Assembly: GCA_032718475.1 (NCBI GenBank)
Contig: JAUCBJ010006948.1
Location: 1 to 33,126 of the forward strand
Origin: Nemertoderma westbladi
Lineage: Eukaryota; Animalia; Xenacoelomorpha
Direction of reading: 5' to 3'
DNA length: 33,126 nt
Shown: piece by piece, positions 1-10,878 of the stretch
How the letters are laid out: the number at the start of each line of letters is the position of its first letter
How positions within the stretch are numbered: position 1 is the first letter of the stretch
Program-made: the position numbers and the translations under genes
Notes under the pieces: model-generated
What the model was told of the DNA's origin: nothing
The model's input: only the letters and a program-made list of their open reading frames with translations
The model's database searches: none

Positions 1-1733
1 TCTATTGTAATTATTTGGTCTGTGGGTTCTGTACTACCTACTTTGGTGTTATTTAGTTGCCTTCTAACAGCTGGAGGCAAATCAGGCAATTTCTGCCGGT
101 GGAATGTTCTTTTACGTCTACTTAGGCGAGATCGATTTCTTCCGCCTTCAGTGTCGGTGGTATCGCCTTCCTCAGATGATGTATACCCCTGTCTCTTGGG
201 AGTAGATCGACTCATCATCTGCATATTGCTCGCTGTTAACTGTTTATTGAAGTTGTCTTGCTTCTCTTGAAGAATTTCCAACTCTAGTTGGGTTGTCTCT
301 TCAGATGCTCTCCGTTCGGCTTCTACCACTGCCTCTGCTATTGCCAGTGCCGCTTTTCTTTCGGTTTCTGCCGCTGCCTCTGCTATTGCCAGTGCCGCTT
401 TTCTTTCGGTTTCTGCCGCTTTTCTTTCGGTTTCTGCCGCTGCCTCTGCCATTGCCAGTGCCGCTTTTCTTTCGGTTTCTGCCGCTGCCTCTGCCATTGC
501 CAGTGCCGCTTTTCTTTCGGCTTCTGCCGCTGCCACTGCTGCTGCCACTGCCGTTGTCTTTCTATCTTCTATACGTTTTTTCTTTACTTGTTCTTCTTGT
601 TCTCTAGCGATGCGGAGTTGTTCATCGAATTTAGCTTGGTTCGCCGCTAACCTATCCACATCAATCGCATCTAACACTAGTTTGGCTCCTTCGCTATTAG
701 GGCTAAGTCCCTCTAACCTTCTCCTCAACTCTTCATCTCCCAAAAAACGCTGATAGTCTGACAGATAGATATCAATGGCATCCTTCTTATGCGGTTTCTC
801 TGCCGTCGCTTCACTTTCCACTTGGGAAAAAGTAGCATCCGTCGATTCTCCATGGGTTGAGCGCTCCTCCAACTGAGCTTTCCACTGAGCTGCTCCTTGA
901 ACCTGGCGACTCACCCGTTGAAACCAAGTCTTTACGGCAACTTGCAACGACGTGTCTTGTTTTCTTTTAGAAGCCTCCTCAAAGGCGGATAAGATTAGCC
1001 TAATCCGCAGAACTCTTTCTCTTACTTGATAAAGCAGCGATCCCTGCTCTTGAGGTCCTTGAGGTTGTTGAAAAAGTTGCTTTTCTATTCGCTCCATAGA
1101 GCTGAAGAATCCCTGTGCGTATCCGGCTGCGGACCTCTTCCACACAGCTGGATCGATGGTTTCCTTGGCTACTCCCATCCGGTGTATGTCTTCCCAGGCA
1201 GCTTCCGATAAATCAAACGGGAGTCCGGGTCCGGGGAAGTTCCATTGCGACTCGACAATAGACTTCAGTTCTTCACTCGTGTATCCCGCGTAGCTATCTC
1301 TAGTTGACCGTTGACTTCTCGCCCAATCGATCTGGTGTTCTTCCACCGCGATCAATAACCCAGCGAGCACGGCTGCAGGAAGGATGAGAAGGGGATCCGT
1401 ATAAACCGCATCCGTCATCTCTGCTCCGCGCTCGGGTGTCAGCTCTACAGTATCCTCACTACTGGAGCTGCTGGGCCGCTGAGGAATAAATTATTAACTA
1501 GCGGGTTGTTGCTGTTCCGCTGCCTTTTGGTCCCGCTTGACCTGAGCTCGAGTGCCTATGATAGACCTACGATGTTGGACCAGCCTAGGTTCTGTTATTA
1601 CTACTGGAGGGATGACCTTCCTCACAGTGGGAGGTGAACTGGATTTACGACCAGACGGTTGTACGTCTCTATCTGAGTCGCAGATGGTTACATCGAATAA
1701 ACTGTCTGACAGGTTCTGCTTAGTATCAGACAT
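1..1733 (-). CDS. Long ORF running off the window's left edge; probable transposon ORF1/Gag-like protein with Ala/Glu/Lys coiled-coil repeats, interrupted by an in-frame TAA TAA at 1496-1491
   Basis: Manual translation: MSDTKQNL...QQQPAS** then the same frame stays open from 1490 to base 1 (FIPQRPSSSSSEDTVEL...MTDAVYTDPLLIL...DQIITI). First ATG after the stops is 1418. It is absent from the ORF track because it has no stop inside the window. The Gag assignment is from context only (long repeat-rich leader, TG...CA unit upstream); no zinc knuckle or capsid motif is visible. Confidence 0.55.
322..552 (-). repeat. 45-bp coding tandem repeat (AETERKAALAMAEAA), ~4-5 copies including a 21-bp partial unit
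   Basis: Unit ttctgccgctgcctctgccattgccagtgccgcttttctttcggt on +; unit lengths are multiples of 3 and keep the minus-strand frame. Confidence 0.9.
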
Positions 1734-1869
1734 GACTATGTATACCGTTGAATGTCTACTGCTGTATTACAGTCTGAGTAAGTCTAGTAACTCAGTATTA
1801 ATTGCTAGTCTAGTAATTAATTACCGTTACTGCTACTCAGTGTAGCGTGATATATATATAATATATTAG

Positions 1870-2118
1870 AATACCGGTATACTTATAGTATATATAACTA
1901 TATAAGTATTATTACAGACTAGGTTTATCACAGAATACCGGTATAATTTTAGCACAAATATATATAAATATATAATAGGCCTATCTGGAATACCGGTATA
2001 CAGCTTACAGTTTGTAGGATATATAATTCTGAAATAGAATCAATTACAAGTACCGGTATAATTTCAGCCTAGATTTATAGAAATAAAGATAATAGGCCTA
2101 TCGTAAATACCGGTATAT
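1870..2118. repeat. Degenerate ~55-63 bp tandem array with a conserved palindromic core TACCGGTA
   Basis: (a/g)taccggtata at about 1871, 1935, 1990, 2050 and 2108, with AT-rich variable spacers. Confidence 0.7.
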
Positions 2119-3049
2119 CAATTATTTCAAATAATTGAATTTCTGTTACTTTAGGGTTACTTTGTTACTTTACTTACTTTATTACCGTTATTTGAGCAGT
2201 AGTCCAACTGATATGGAGACCTAATTGTTATATGGTAGGCCTACTATTTATAAATCGTTAGATTTGATTTATAATGTATTTATACCCGTTTTAATGGGTT
2301 TTGTCTATGTTTGAAATAAATGTTATTATTTCTGGGGAGTAATCACTACACAAAGCGGTGCGCTTTCAGTGAAGTGTTACGTACAGGACACTAAAACAAA
2401 TAATACTAATTTACCTAAGTTACTTAATACTACAAATTACGTACAATTCGGGTTGAGATTACAATCTCTAAATAAACACAAAAATTTACAAAAACACAAA
2501 TACGAATTTTTAGGGTATTTTTTACAAGAAGTCTACAAACCAGCCTAACAAAGGGTTAGAAAGCCGGTTATTACAACAGACAGGGTACTACGGTATTTGA
2601 AATAATAAGTAGTAGTAAATACACTGCGTTGTCTAGATAGGAAAATACCACCGCCTGACGACCTATAGCCGTATCGCTATAGGTTCTACGTTATGTATCA
2701 CGGAGTGTTCCTACCTAGAAGTTAATAGAGCTAATCGAATGTGCCTATCAACCACTTTACAACACAAATATAATGCCCACACTAATTACTTCGGAAAGTA
2801 CTGTACACTAAACCCTAAATTAGGTACGAGTACTTGTACAACAGATAATCAGTAGTTAAATATACTTGAACAGCTAAAAGAACCACGGCATCTGCTGGAG
2901 TGACCGATGCACAAAATCACCAGTCTTTACCTACGCCGAGCAGCCCGTGTAGTACCGGGGTTAATTTAACTATAGCGGTATGTATAACAAACACAATTAC
3001 TGTAGGAACAAACTTGGGGAATGAATGTTGCGGATAATCGCATAAACTC

Positions 3050-3623
3050 TGAATAATAAATATTACGCTACGCGTACAAACTACTCAAACAAAATACAGA
3101 CCGAACACTGACAGACTACTATCAAGCCTAAACAAACTACGGTATATGCAGACTCCGAAATGATTAGGGAGTATGCGCTCTAACCCAGTAGTGCGACTTA
3201 TTCTTTAGTTGGGAGTTTACCTTACAGCGTTCGCTGCCCCTACTTCCTAACCGTACTTAATCGGACAGATGATCTACACACGCGGCAATCCGTTCAGACC
3301 TAATAACAGCCAGACAACTATCCAGCCTACAAATTATCTAAATAAAATTATACGCTACCCGTACCGACTTACACAAACAAAGTACAGACTAAACGATGGC
3401 AGACTACTCTCAAGCCTAAATAAACTACAGGACATGCAGACTCCGAAATGATTAGGGAGTATGCGCTCTAACCCAGTAGTGCGACTTATTCTTTAGTTGG
3501 GGGTTTACCTTACAGTGTTCGCTGCCCCTACTTCCTAATCGTACTTAATCGGACAGGTGATCTACACACACTGCAATTCGTTCGGACTTAACAGCAATCA
3601 GACAACAGCTCAGCCTACAAATC
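3050..3623. repeat. Tandem duplication, period 288 bp
   Basis: atgcagactccgaaatgattagggagtatgcgctctaacccagtagtgcgacttattctttagttggg occurs at 3146 and 3434; the flanks also align with more mismatches. Confidence 0.9.
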
Positions 3624-3799
3624 GTCTGTACAATCTGATCAGGTTTACACGCCTTCTGTTCAATACTGGCCTACAAATAAATAAACTTGACAGAGATAAG
3701 TAAACCATATAAAGGTATAAGGGGTGATCAATCCCTAATCCCTCAAACAGCCTACCGGTATACAACAATCAAATCGAATAATACTAGTGTACTTATACG

Positions 3800-3926
3800 G
3801 AAGTACCGGTTAGGACAGCTAGGCCTATGGACCTACAGAAGTACCGGTTCTAGCAGTAGGGCCTACTGACCCACAGATGTACCGGTTCTAACGGTTGAGC
3901 CTACCGACCTATAGATGTACCGGTTC
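3800..3926. repeat. 38-bp minisatellite, ~3.3 copies, core GTACCGGTT
   Basis: ga(a/t)gtaccggtt at 3800, 3838, 3876 and 3914. Confidence 0.8.
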
Positions 3927-3993
3927 AGGTTTACCGGTTGACCGGTACTTTCAACTTTATTGCTTACTGCAACAAAGAAGCTATATCCTTTAA

Positions 3994-4573
3994 TGTTCGC
4001 GCTTTCAGACCTTTGGCAGTTTAACCCGCCAAATTAAGATGTCTTCTAGATATTAAATCGCTTTTTAGCCTATGACAAGTATTTGATTCACTACACTAGT
4101 CGAAACCAATCCGTGCGCGACCATTCACCCGCTGGATATTCCCGGGAGATTGGGTTCGACGGTTTAATTTTGTTGCTATGTAAGCCTAATGTATTATTCG
4201 ACTGACAGTATTATATAATCTCTGACAATATTATTCACCTTCGGGAATATTAACAGTTCCTTTAGGACGTGGCGCTTTATCTATATAAACAGAGTTATGA
4301 CTTAAACTACTCACAACGATATGGCTTAATTATAATTCACATATATGGCGCATTCTTTAGGAATTGCTTCTTTAACAGACTCGCTCATACGCAATGCTGC
4401 ACAATGCTGCACACTAATCTGCCAATCTTCACTGATTTTAATCACATATAAAAGGAACACAGGCTGACTAGTGTAGTGAATCAAATACTTGTCATAGGCT
4501 AAAAAGCGATTTAATATCTAGAAGACATCTTAATTTGGCGGGTTAAACTGCCAAATGTCTGAAAGCGCGAACA
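3994..4573. mobile_element. 580-bp TGT...ACA unit with 108-bp terminal inverted repeats (LTR of the adjacent element, or a Ginger-like MITE)
   Basis: 3994-4101 is the reverse complement of 4466-4573 with one mismatch; termini TGTTCGCG...CGCGAACA; no target-site duplication (flanks ctttaa / cacctt). Confidence 0.75.
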
Positions 4574-6385
4574 CACCTTCCCATCTTCCCACATTCCCAT
4601 CCACCTTCCCACATTCTCATCCATCTTACCATCTTCCCACATTCCAATCCACCTTCCCACATTCCCATATTCCTACATTCCCTTCCACTTTCCCACATTC
4701 CCATCTTCCTACATTCCCATCCACCTTCCCGCATTCCCATCTTTCCACATTCCCATCTTCCCACATTCCCATCTTGCCACATTTCCCATCTTCCTCTTTC
4801 CCATCCACCTTCCCATCTCCCCACATTCCCATCCACCTTCCAACATTTCCATTTTCCTACATTCCCATCTTCCCACGTTCCCATCCAACTTCCCACATTC
4901 CCATCTTCCTCATTCCCTCCCACCTTTCCACATTACCATCCACCTTCCCACATTCTCATCCATCTTACCATCTACCCACATATTCCCATCTTCCTACATT
5001 CCCATCCACCTTCCCAAATTCTCCTCTTCCCACTTTCCCATCTTCCTACATTCTCACCCACCTTCCCATCTTCCTACATTCCCATTCACCTTCCCATATT
5101 CCTACATTCCCATCCACCTTCCCACATTCCCCTCTTTCCACATTACCGCATTCCTCATTCCCACCCACCTTCCCACATTCCCATCCACGTTCCCACCTTC
5201 CCATCTTCCTACATTCCCATTCACCTTCCCATATTCCTACATTCCCATCCACCTTCCCACATTCCCCTCTTTCCACATTACCGCATTCCTCATTCCCACC
5301 CACCTTCCCACATTCCCATCCACGTTCCCACATTCCAATCTTCCTACATTCCCACAGACCTTCCCACATTCCCATCCACCTCCCCATATTCCCAAATTCC
5401 CATCCACATTCCCACATTCTCATCTTCATACATTCCCATCCACCTTCCCACATTCCCATCTTCCCACATTCCCGCATTCCTCATTCCCATCCACCTTCCC
5501 ACATTCCCATCTTCCTACATTCCCATCCACCTCCCTATCTTCCCACATTCCCATCTTTCTACATTCCCACACGCCTTCCCACATTCCCATCCACCTCCCC
5601 ATATTCCCACATTCCCATCCACCTTCCCACATTCTCATCTTCCTACATTCCCATCCACCTTCCCACATTCCCATCTTCCCACATTCCCGTATTCCTCATT
5701 CCCAAATTCCTACATTCCCACACACCTTCCCACATTCTCATCTTCCTACATTCCCATCCACATTCCCACATTCCCAACTTCTTACATTCCCACCTTCCTA
5801 CATTCCCATCTTCCATCCACCTTCCCGCATTCCCATCTTCCCACATTCCCATCTTCATACATTCCCATCCACCTTCCCACATTCCCATCTTCCCACATTC
5901 CCACCAACCTTTCCACATTCCCATCCACCTTCCCACATTCCCATCTTCCTACATTCCCATCCACCTCCCTATCTTCCCACATTCCCATCTTTCTACATTC
6001 CCACACGCCTTCCCACATTCCCATCCACCTCCCCATATTCCCACATTCCCATCCACCTTCCCACATTCTCATCTTCCTACATTCCCATCCACCTTCCCAC
6101 ATTCCCATCTTCCCACATTCCCGTATTCCTCATTCCCAAATTCCTACATTCCCACACACCTTCCCACATTCTCATCTTCCTACATTCCCATCCACCTTCC
6201 CACATTCCCATCTTCTTACATTCCCACCTTCCTACATTCCCATCTTCCATCCACCTTCCCGCATTTCCATCTTCCCACATTCCCATCTTCCCACATTCCC
6301 ATCCACCCACATTCCCATCTTAACCCACCCACCCACCCACCTTCCCACCCACCCACATTTCCTTCCCACCCATCCACCTTCTCAT
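4574..6385. repeat. C-rich/G-rich satellite built from CCCACATT, CCCATCTT and CCATCCACCTT modules, with higher-order repeats
   Basis: The + strand is almost G-free. A 135-bp block is duplicated near 5060-5330, and a 434-bp period is visible from identical minus-strand ORF starts at 5674 and 6108. Confidence 0.95.
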
Positions 6386-6461
6386 TCAACGTCCGACCGA
6401 CTGATCATCCTGACCGTCCATCCCCCCTCAAAAAAAGAGGACTTCGCGCAGCACGTGAATA

Positions 6462-6618
6462 CCATGTGAAAATACCCCCCATATGAAGTTTCCCAGACTG
6501 TTTGGGAAGATGGTCGAAAATACAAAAGTTGCCTAATGATAGTGAATGAGCCAAATTCCTTTTCGATGTGTTTTTTTTTCGCTGGGAATGGGAATCCTGG
6601 GAAACTTCACATGGGCGA
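6462..6618. mobile_element. Short MITE-like element with CCCATGTGAA-type inverted ends; related copy at 31794-32043
   Basis: cccatatgaagtttcccag (~6478) pairs with ctgggaaacttcacatggg (~6597); an extra outer ccatgtgaa lies at 6462. Confidence 0.55.
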
Positions 6619-6890
6619 GAGGTATCAATAAACAAAAATTAGCAATTAATCTGAACATTTTTTGTTTCTACAGTGTATTATTATACCTTGCTCATATCCC
6701 AAAAGAAACCTATAAAATAAATAAACTATGCTGAAGATGATCAATTATTACAGTTACACGATCCTTAGCAACTGATAAGACGAACAGCAACTGAACATAG
6801 ATATAACAACAATAAGGTTAGCAAACAAAGGTTGCTACTGTATTAGTGGGTTTTCCCCAAATCTGGTGCAGATAAACTTAGTCCAATAGC

Positions 6891-7345
6891 CACGGGCGGA
6901 TTAAAAGGGGGCGGCAATTGCTGGGGGCCAGTAAATAGGAAGGGTCCCGAAAGTTGGGAGAAAGTTACCAAACATTACTCTGACTGTTAAAACAACCTCA
7001 TTTATTATATTTTATATAGAAACTGAAACTTTTTTATATTGAAACTAAATAGAATGGGCCTTAATGGTAGGCAACGTATACTGGTATAGCAGAAGTCAAT
7101 GTCGTAAAATAAGTGGAGGTGAATGACGTGCTGAGAGGGTTTGGTTCGTTACTTGTGTGTATTAATTAATCGCTCATAATCGTATAGAATATCGTCACTC
7201 ACAAGATTAATACCTTACAGTATTAATAATCATTACTTTTTACCAATAGGGTCCAAAATACAGTATGTTTGCAATTGGTGTGGGAAGGGGGGGGGGGGGG
7301 GGGTGTTGGGTAGGGTAGGTGCCCGAAAATCCATAATCCGCCCTC
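6891..7345. mobile_element. hAT-like MITE
   Basis: Ends cacgggcggatta / taatccgccctc; 8-bp TSD ccaatagc (6883-6890) vs ccaatggc (7346-7353). Confidence 0.75.
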
Positions 7346-8447
7346 CCAATGGCTATCCATTAACATAACAATCTAAATATATTAATTTAGTTCACATTTA
7401 GTTCGGAATAAATAATTGCTGTTTCTAGAAATACTATTAGTAATAATTAGCAAATTTTTTATTTCAAGTAATTTACTCTACTGACTTCTAATGGTGTTGA
7501 GCTGTACGAAACTGATACAATAGCTCTATAATATAAATCCGATCAATATAACAATTGAAAATACACCTACAGTGTAGCTTAAACAAACATTAACAGCGAC
7601 TTAATCGCAAACTTTTATCGTTTGGGTGTGGTTCACTCATGAAAAATAAAAATTCAAAACGCCGTGATATCAAATAAGAATTCGGTAACTATGACGATAC
7701 TGTGGTTTCTCCCTATAGGCGGCCAAGAGAAGCTTTACTGCCACCAGCTATAATGTCTGGTGTTTGGCTAGAGCCTTCCAGGTTGCCTGTCACTCATCCA
7801 ATACTGTAATACACAATTCTACGATTTTCTGTGTAGGAAACGCTTGCATTACGGTGTTTGTGTCAAAGACGAAACGGATCCACTTGAAAAGCTAATCATA
7901 GTGTTTGACAAATAAAGTTTTAAGTACCGTCCCATTGTTTCGAAAGAGTTCGAGAAATTGATCAAATATATGTGTTTAATAATTTCCTTAAAAGTCGAGA
8001 TGCCCACACGTATAGAGATGAGAAGGCCTACACACATTAAAGTGACACAGTATATCTCCCATCATCTTGAATGAGTAAACAACAAATAATCTTTCTTGAA
8101 TGAGTAAACAACAAATAACAACTACAGAAAATTTTACACCATGTCCCGTAATATAGTGTCATTTTCTGATGACACGGACCCCCCCCCCCCCCTCCCCCCC
8201 CTCCTACCATTTTTCTACAAATCTTTATCATATTGCTTGAATTTGGAAACACAACTAGTTCAACTCAACCGTGGTTGTAACCATGAAGCCGGCATTTTCA
8301 ATTTTGCCTTTACATTTTTCTTATAAGCGTTTTAAAAAAGTGTCTTTTGCGAAATTGCACATCTCCTACAGTATCATCGCCATTCTTCACGTCATTAACC
8401 TCGCTTTATAGTGCGCGCTGATCTAGGCCTACTGTATGTCCGCATGT

Positions 8448-9314
8448 GGGTGAGTACAAAACAAAGACCCAATACTTTACTGCCCGTTCTGTACAAAACA
8501 AAGACCCAATACTTTACTGCCCGTTCTGTACAAAATAAAGACCCAAGACTTTACTGCCCGTTCTGTACAAAACAAAGAACCAAGACTTTACTGCCCGTTC
8601 TGCACAAAACAAAGAACCAAGACTTTACTGCCCGTTCTGTAAAAAACAAAGACCCAAGACTTTACTGCCCGTTCTGCACAAAACAAAGACCCAAGACTTT
8701 ACTGCCCGATCTGTACAAAACAAAGACCCAATACTTTACTGCCCGTTCTGTACAAAACAAAGACCCAATACTTTACTGCCCGTTCTGTACAAAACAAAGA
8801 CCCAAGACTTTACTGCCCGTTCTGTACAAAACAAAGAACCAAGTCTTTACTGCCCGTTCTGCACAAAACAAAGAACCAAGACTTTACTGCCCGTTCTGTA
8901 AAAAACAAAGACCCAAGACTTTACTGCCCGTTCTGCACAAAACAAAGACCCAAGACTTTACTGCCCGTTCTGCACAAAACAAAGACCCAAGACTTTACTG
9001 CCCGATCTGTACAAAACAATGACCCAAAACTTTTACTGCCCGTCTGTACAAAACAAAGACCCAAGACTTCACTGCCCATTCTGTACAAAATAAAGAGCCA
9101 ACACTTTATTGCCCGTTTTGTACAAAACAAAGAGGTACAGTGAAGTCGCGTTACTATAGGTCCCATTGCCATTTAAAAGATCAGGTTACAGTAGTAAAGG
9201 AGCAGGTTACAGAGGAGGGTGGGGGGAACCAAAACTATAAACGAAAGTAACACAAGTTACAAGGTTATGCAGGTCTTTATAATTGGGTCTTGGGTCTTTG
9301 TTTCGTACTCACCC
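8448..9314. mobile_element. Mutator-like non-autonomous element containing a 37-bp minisatellite
   Basis: TIR GGGTGAGTAC(A/G)AAACAAAGACCCAA at both ends; flanks gtccgcatgt (8438-8447) and gtccgcatgc (9315-9324) form a 9-10 bp TSD. Confidence 0.85.
8455..9133 (+). repeat. 37-bp tandem repeat, ~18 copies
   Basis: Unit tctgtacaaaacaaagacccaagactttactgcccgt; the copies degenerate towards the right. Confidence 0.95.
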
Positions 9315-9870
9315 GTCCGCATGCTGTTCCCCGGGAAACAAAGGAATTACACTACAACACAGTGTTGAATGTGTAGAAATTCATACATGGGGCGGGAAGT
9401 GACTGTGATAGAAGTGACGTGTTATAAGTTTTGTAATCCAAGTTATTGGGAGTTAACAGCTCTATGTTTGTAGGAGAGGGGGGGGGGGGTGGGGGGGGGG
9501 GGGGGGTTAGCCGTCGTCGTGAAATGTCGTCGATTGAATGTTTTTTAGCTCATCAAATAAATTAGTTAAATTGGTTTCGAGAGCGGAAATTTTGATCACC
9601 AACAGCAGGCTTTGTACACCTACAGTAGATCTGTATGCATGAGAAGAACCTAGCTAAGACAACCTATTTACTATATTTAAAAAAACTGACAAATTTGTAT
9701 ATTCATTGATGGATGTTTTATCTTGAGTGAATATTAAAACTCAACTTTCTGGTAACATATTGGATTACCGCTGTTGGACTGCGTTGCGTAGTGCATATTA
9801 TATGATCTCCAGTAGTAATCTTGCTGTAATAAAAGCATAGAATGTTTATGTTCGTTCAAAACGACATTAT

Positions 9871-9956
9871 TAGGGATGTCCCGGAATCGATATTTGGATT
9901 CCCGGTTGGAACCGGAATTCAAAATACCAGAATATTCCGACCGGAACCGGAATTTT
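9871..9956 (+). mobile_element. Isolated hAT-like left end
   Basis: TAGGGATG terminus followed by repeated (a)ccggaa subterminal motifs, as at 17449; no matching right end found. Confidence 0.5.
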
Positions 9957-10344
9957 GTATAATTAGTGAAATACACTAAATGTCGGCCTTAAACGACAGT
10001 GAATTAAATTACATTTTTTTTCCAAAAACCTATAACATTGGCCAAAAGTTAGGTTGTTAGGATCATACCTAAAAACCAACGTTGACCAAAAACCTAACGT
10101 TTCGCCTCATTACAACCTATATGGTGCAATATTCTGGTGTTGTTAACGGAATTAGTGACATGTTCTTCGAACCAAAACAATAAACCAGAGTCAAAAGTAC
10201 ATGTCACAGTTTAATTTTATTTGTTGAATAAATAGATTTATGGTAAGAAATAGCTTTGTTGTAAATAGAAACAAAACTACTGCATTACGCAGCACCTTTA
10301 TGCTAACGACTCAGCGACGTAGCAGGACCTAATGGTGTCCATTT

Positions 10345-10563
10345 GGATTTATATTTCCTAAACGCAGACTGGGAATGTTTAACTATCGATGCGTTCAATA
10401 GGCGAAGTCAGGTGGTTTATAGGAATATAATCATCGCAGTTCTCTTCTTCATTATACAGTTGTAAGCCTCGTTGCGCTCGTCCTGTTTTGTATTTAAATA
10501 TATTTCCTAAACGCAGACTGACGATCTTTATAACTATCGATCCATTCAAATATGCGAAGCCAG
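10345..10563 (+). repeat. ~155-bp unit repeat (~1.5 copies); same family inverted at 22005-22297
   Basis: tatttcctaaacgcagactg occurs twice; gcctcgttgcgctcgtcctgttttg has reverse-complement matches near 22050-22080 and 22210-22236. Confidence 0.75.
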
Positions 10564-10806
10564 TGAAACTTTCTCTGTTTCAAAATACATGCAATGTCAT
10601 TGAAATTTGTAAAAATATTTGGGTGGGGGTGGGGGGAGGGGGTGGGGGGGGGGGGGGGGTGCTTCGTGTCATTGAATTACGACACTTTCTGGGACATGGG
10701 ATACATACGAATAAAACTTAGTTTCATAGGATTCGAAACTTTCTGGAATGTTTAGCTATTTGGAAATATAGGATCGATATAGTGTGTCTGTGACTGCTGG
10801 AAAAAA

Positions 10807-10878
10807 CCAAGGACTTCTAGAACATAGTATATATTCATAGTATACATAGAATATATACTATGTTCTAGAAGTCCTTGG
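10807..10878. repeat. Perfect 30-bp-arm palindrome with a 12-nt loop (CCAAGG...CCTTGG hairpin MITE-like)
   Basis: ccaaggacttctagaacatagtatatattc / gaatatatactatgttctagaagtccttgg. Confidence 0.9.

Noticed and set aside
22-650. Plus-strand Cys- or Leu/Pro-rich ORFs
   Set aside because: Antisense shadows of the long minus-strand ORF and its 45-bp repeat.
3800-3926. CRISPR-like repeat/spacer look of the 38-bp and 37-bp arrays
   Set aside because: Spacers are homologous to each other, the context is eukaryotic and there are no cas genes.
4099-4160. GGTTCGA B-box-like motif with a stem, possible tRNA
   Set aside because: No cloverleaf can be built; it is a simple 13-bp stem inside the TIR unit.
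4555-6486. 643-aa Pro/His/Ser ORF and overlapping minus-strand MGMWE ORFs
   Set aside because: They lie in the satellite; the nearly G-free strand rarely forms stop codons, and higher-order periods such as 434 bp are not multiples of 3.
8411-9022. 203-aa ORF with repeated YCPFC (zinc-finger-like)
   Set aside because: Translation of a 37-bp non-triplet minisatellite inside a MITE, cycling through all three frames.
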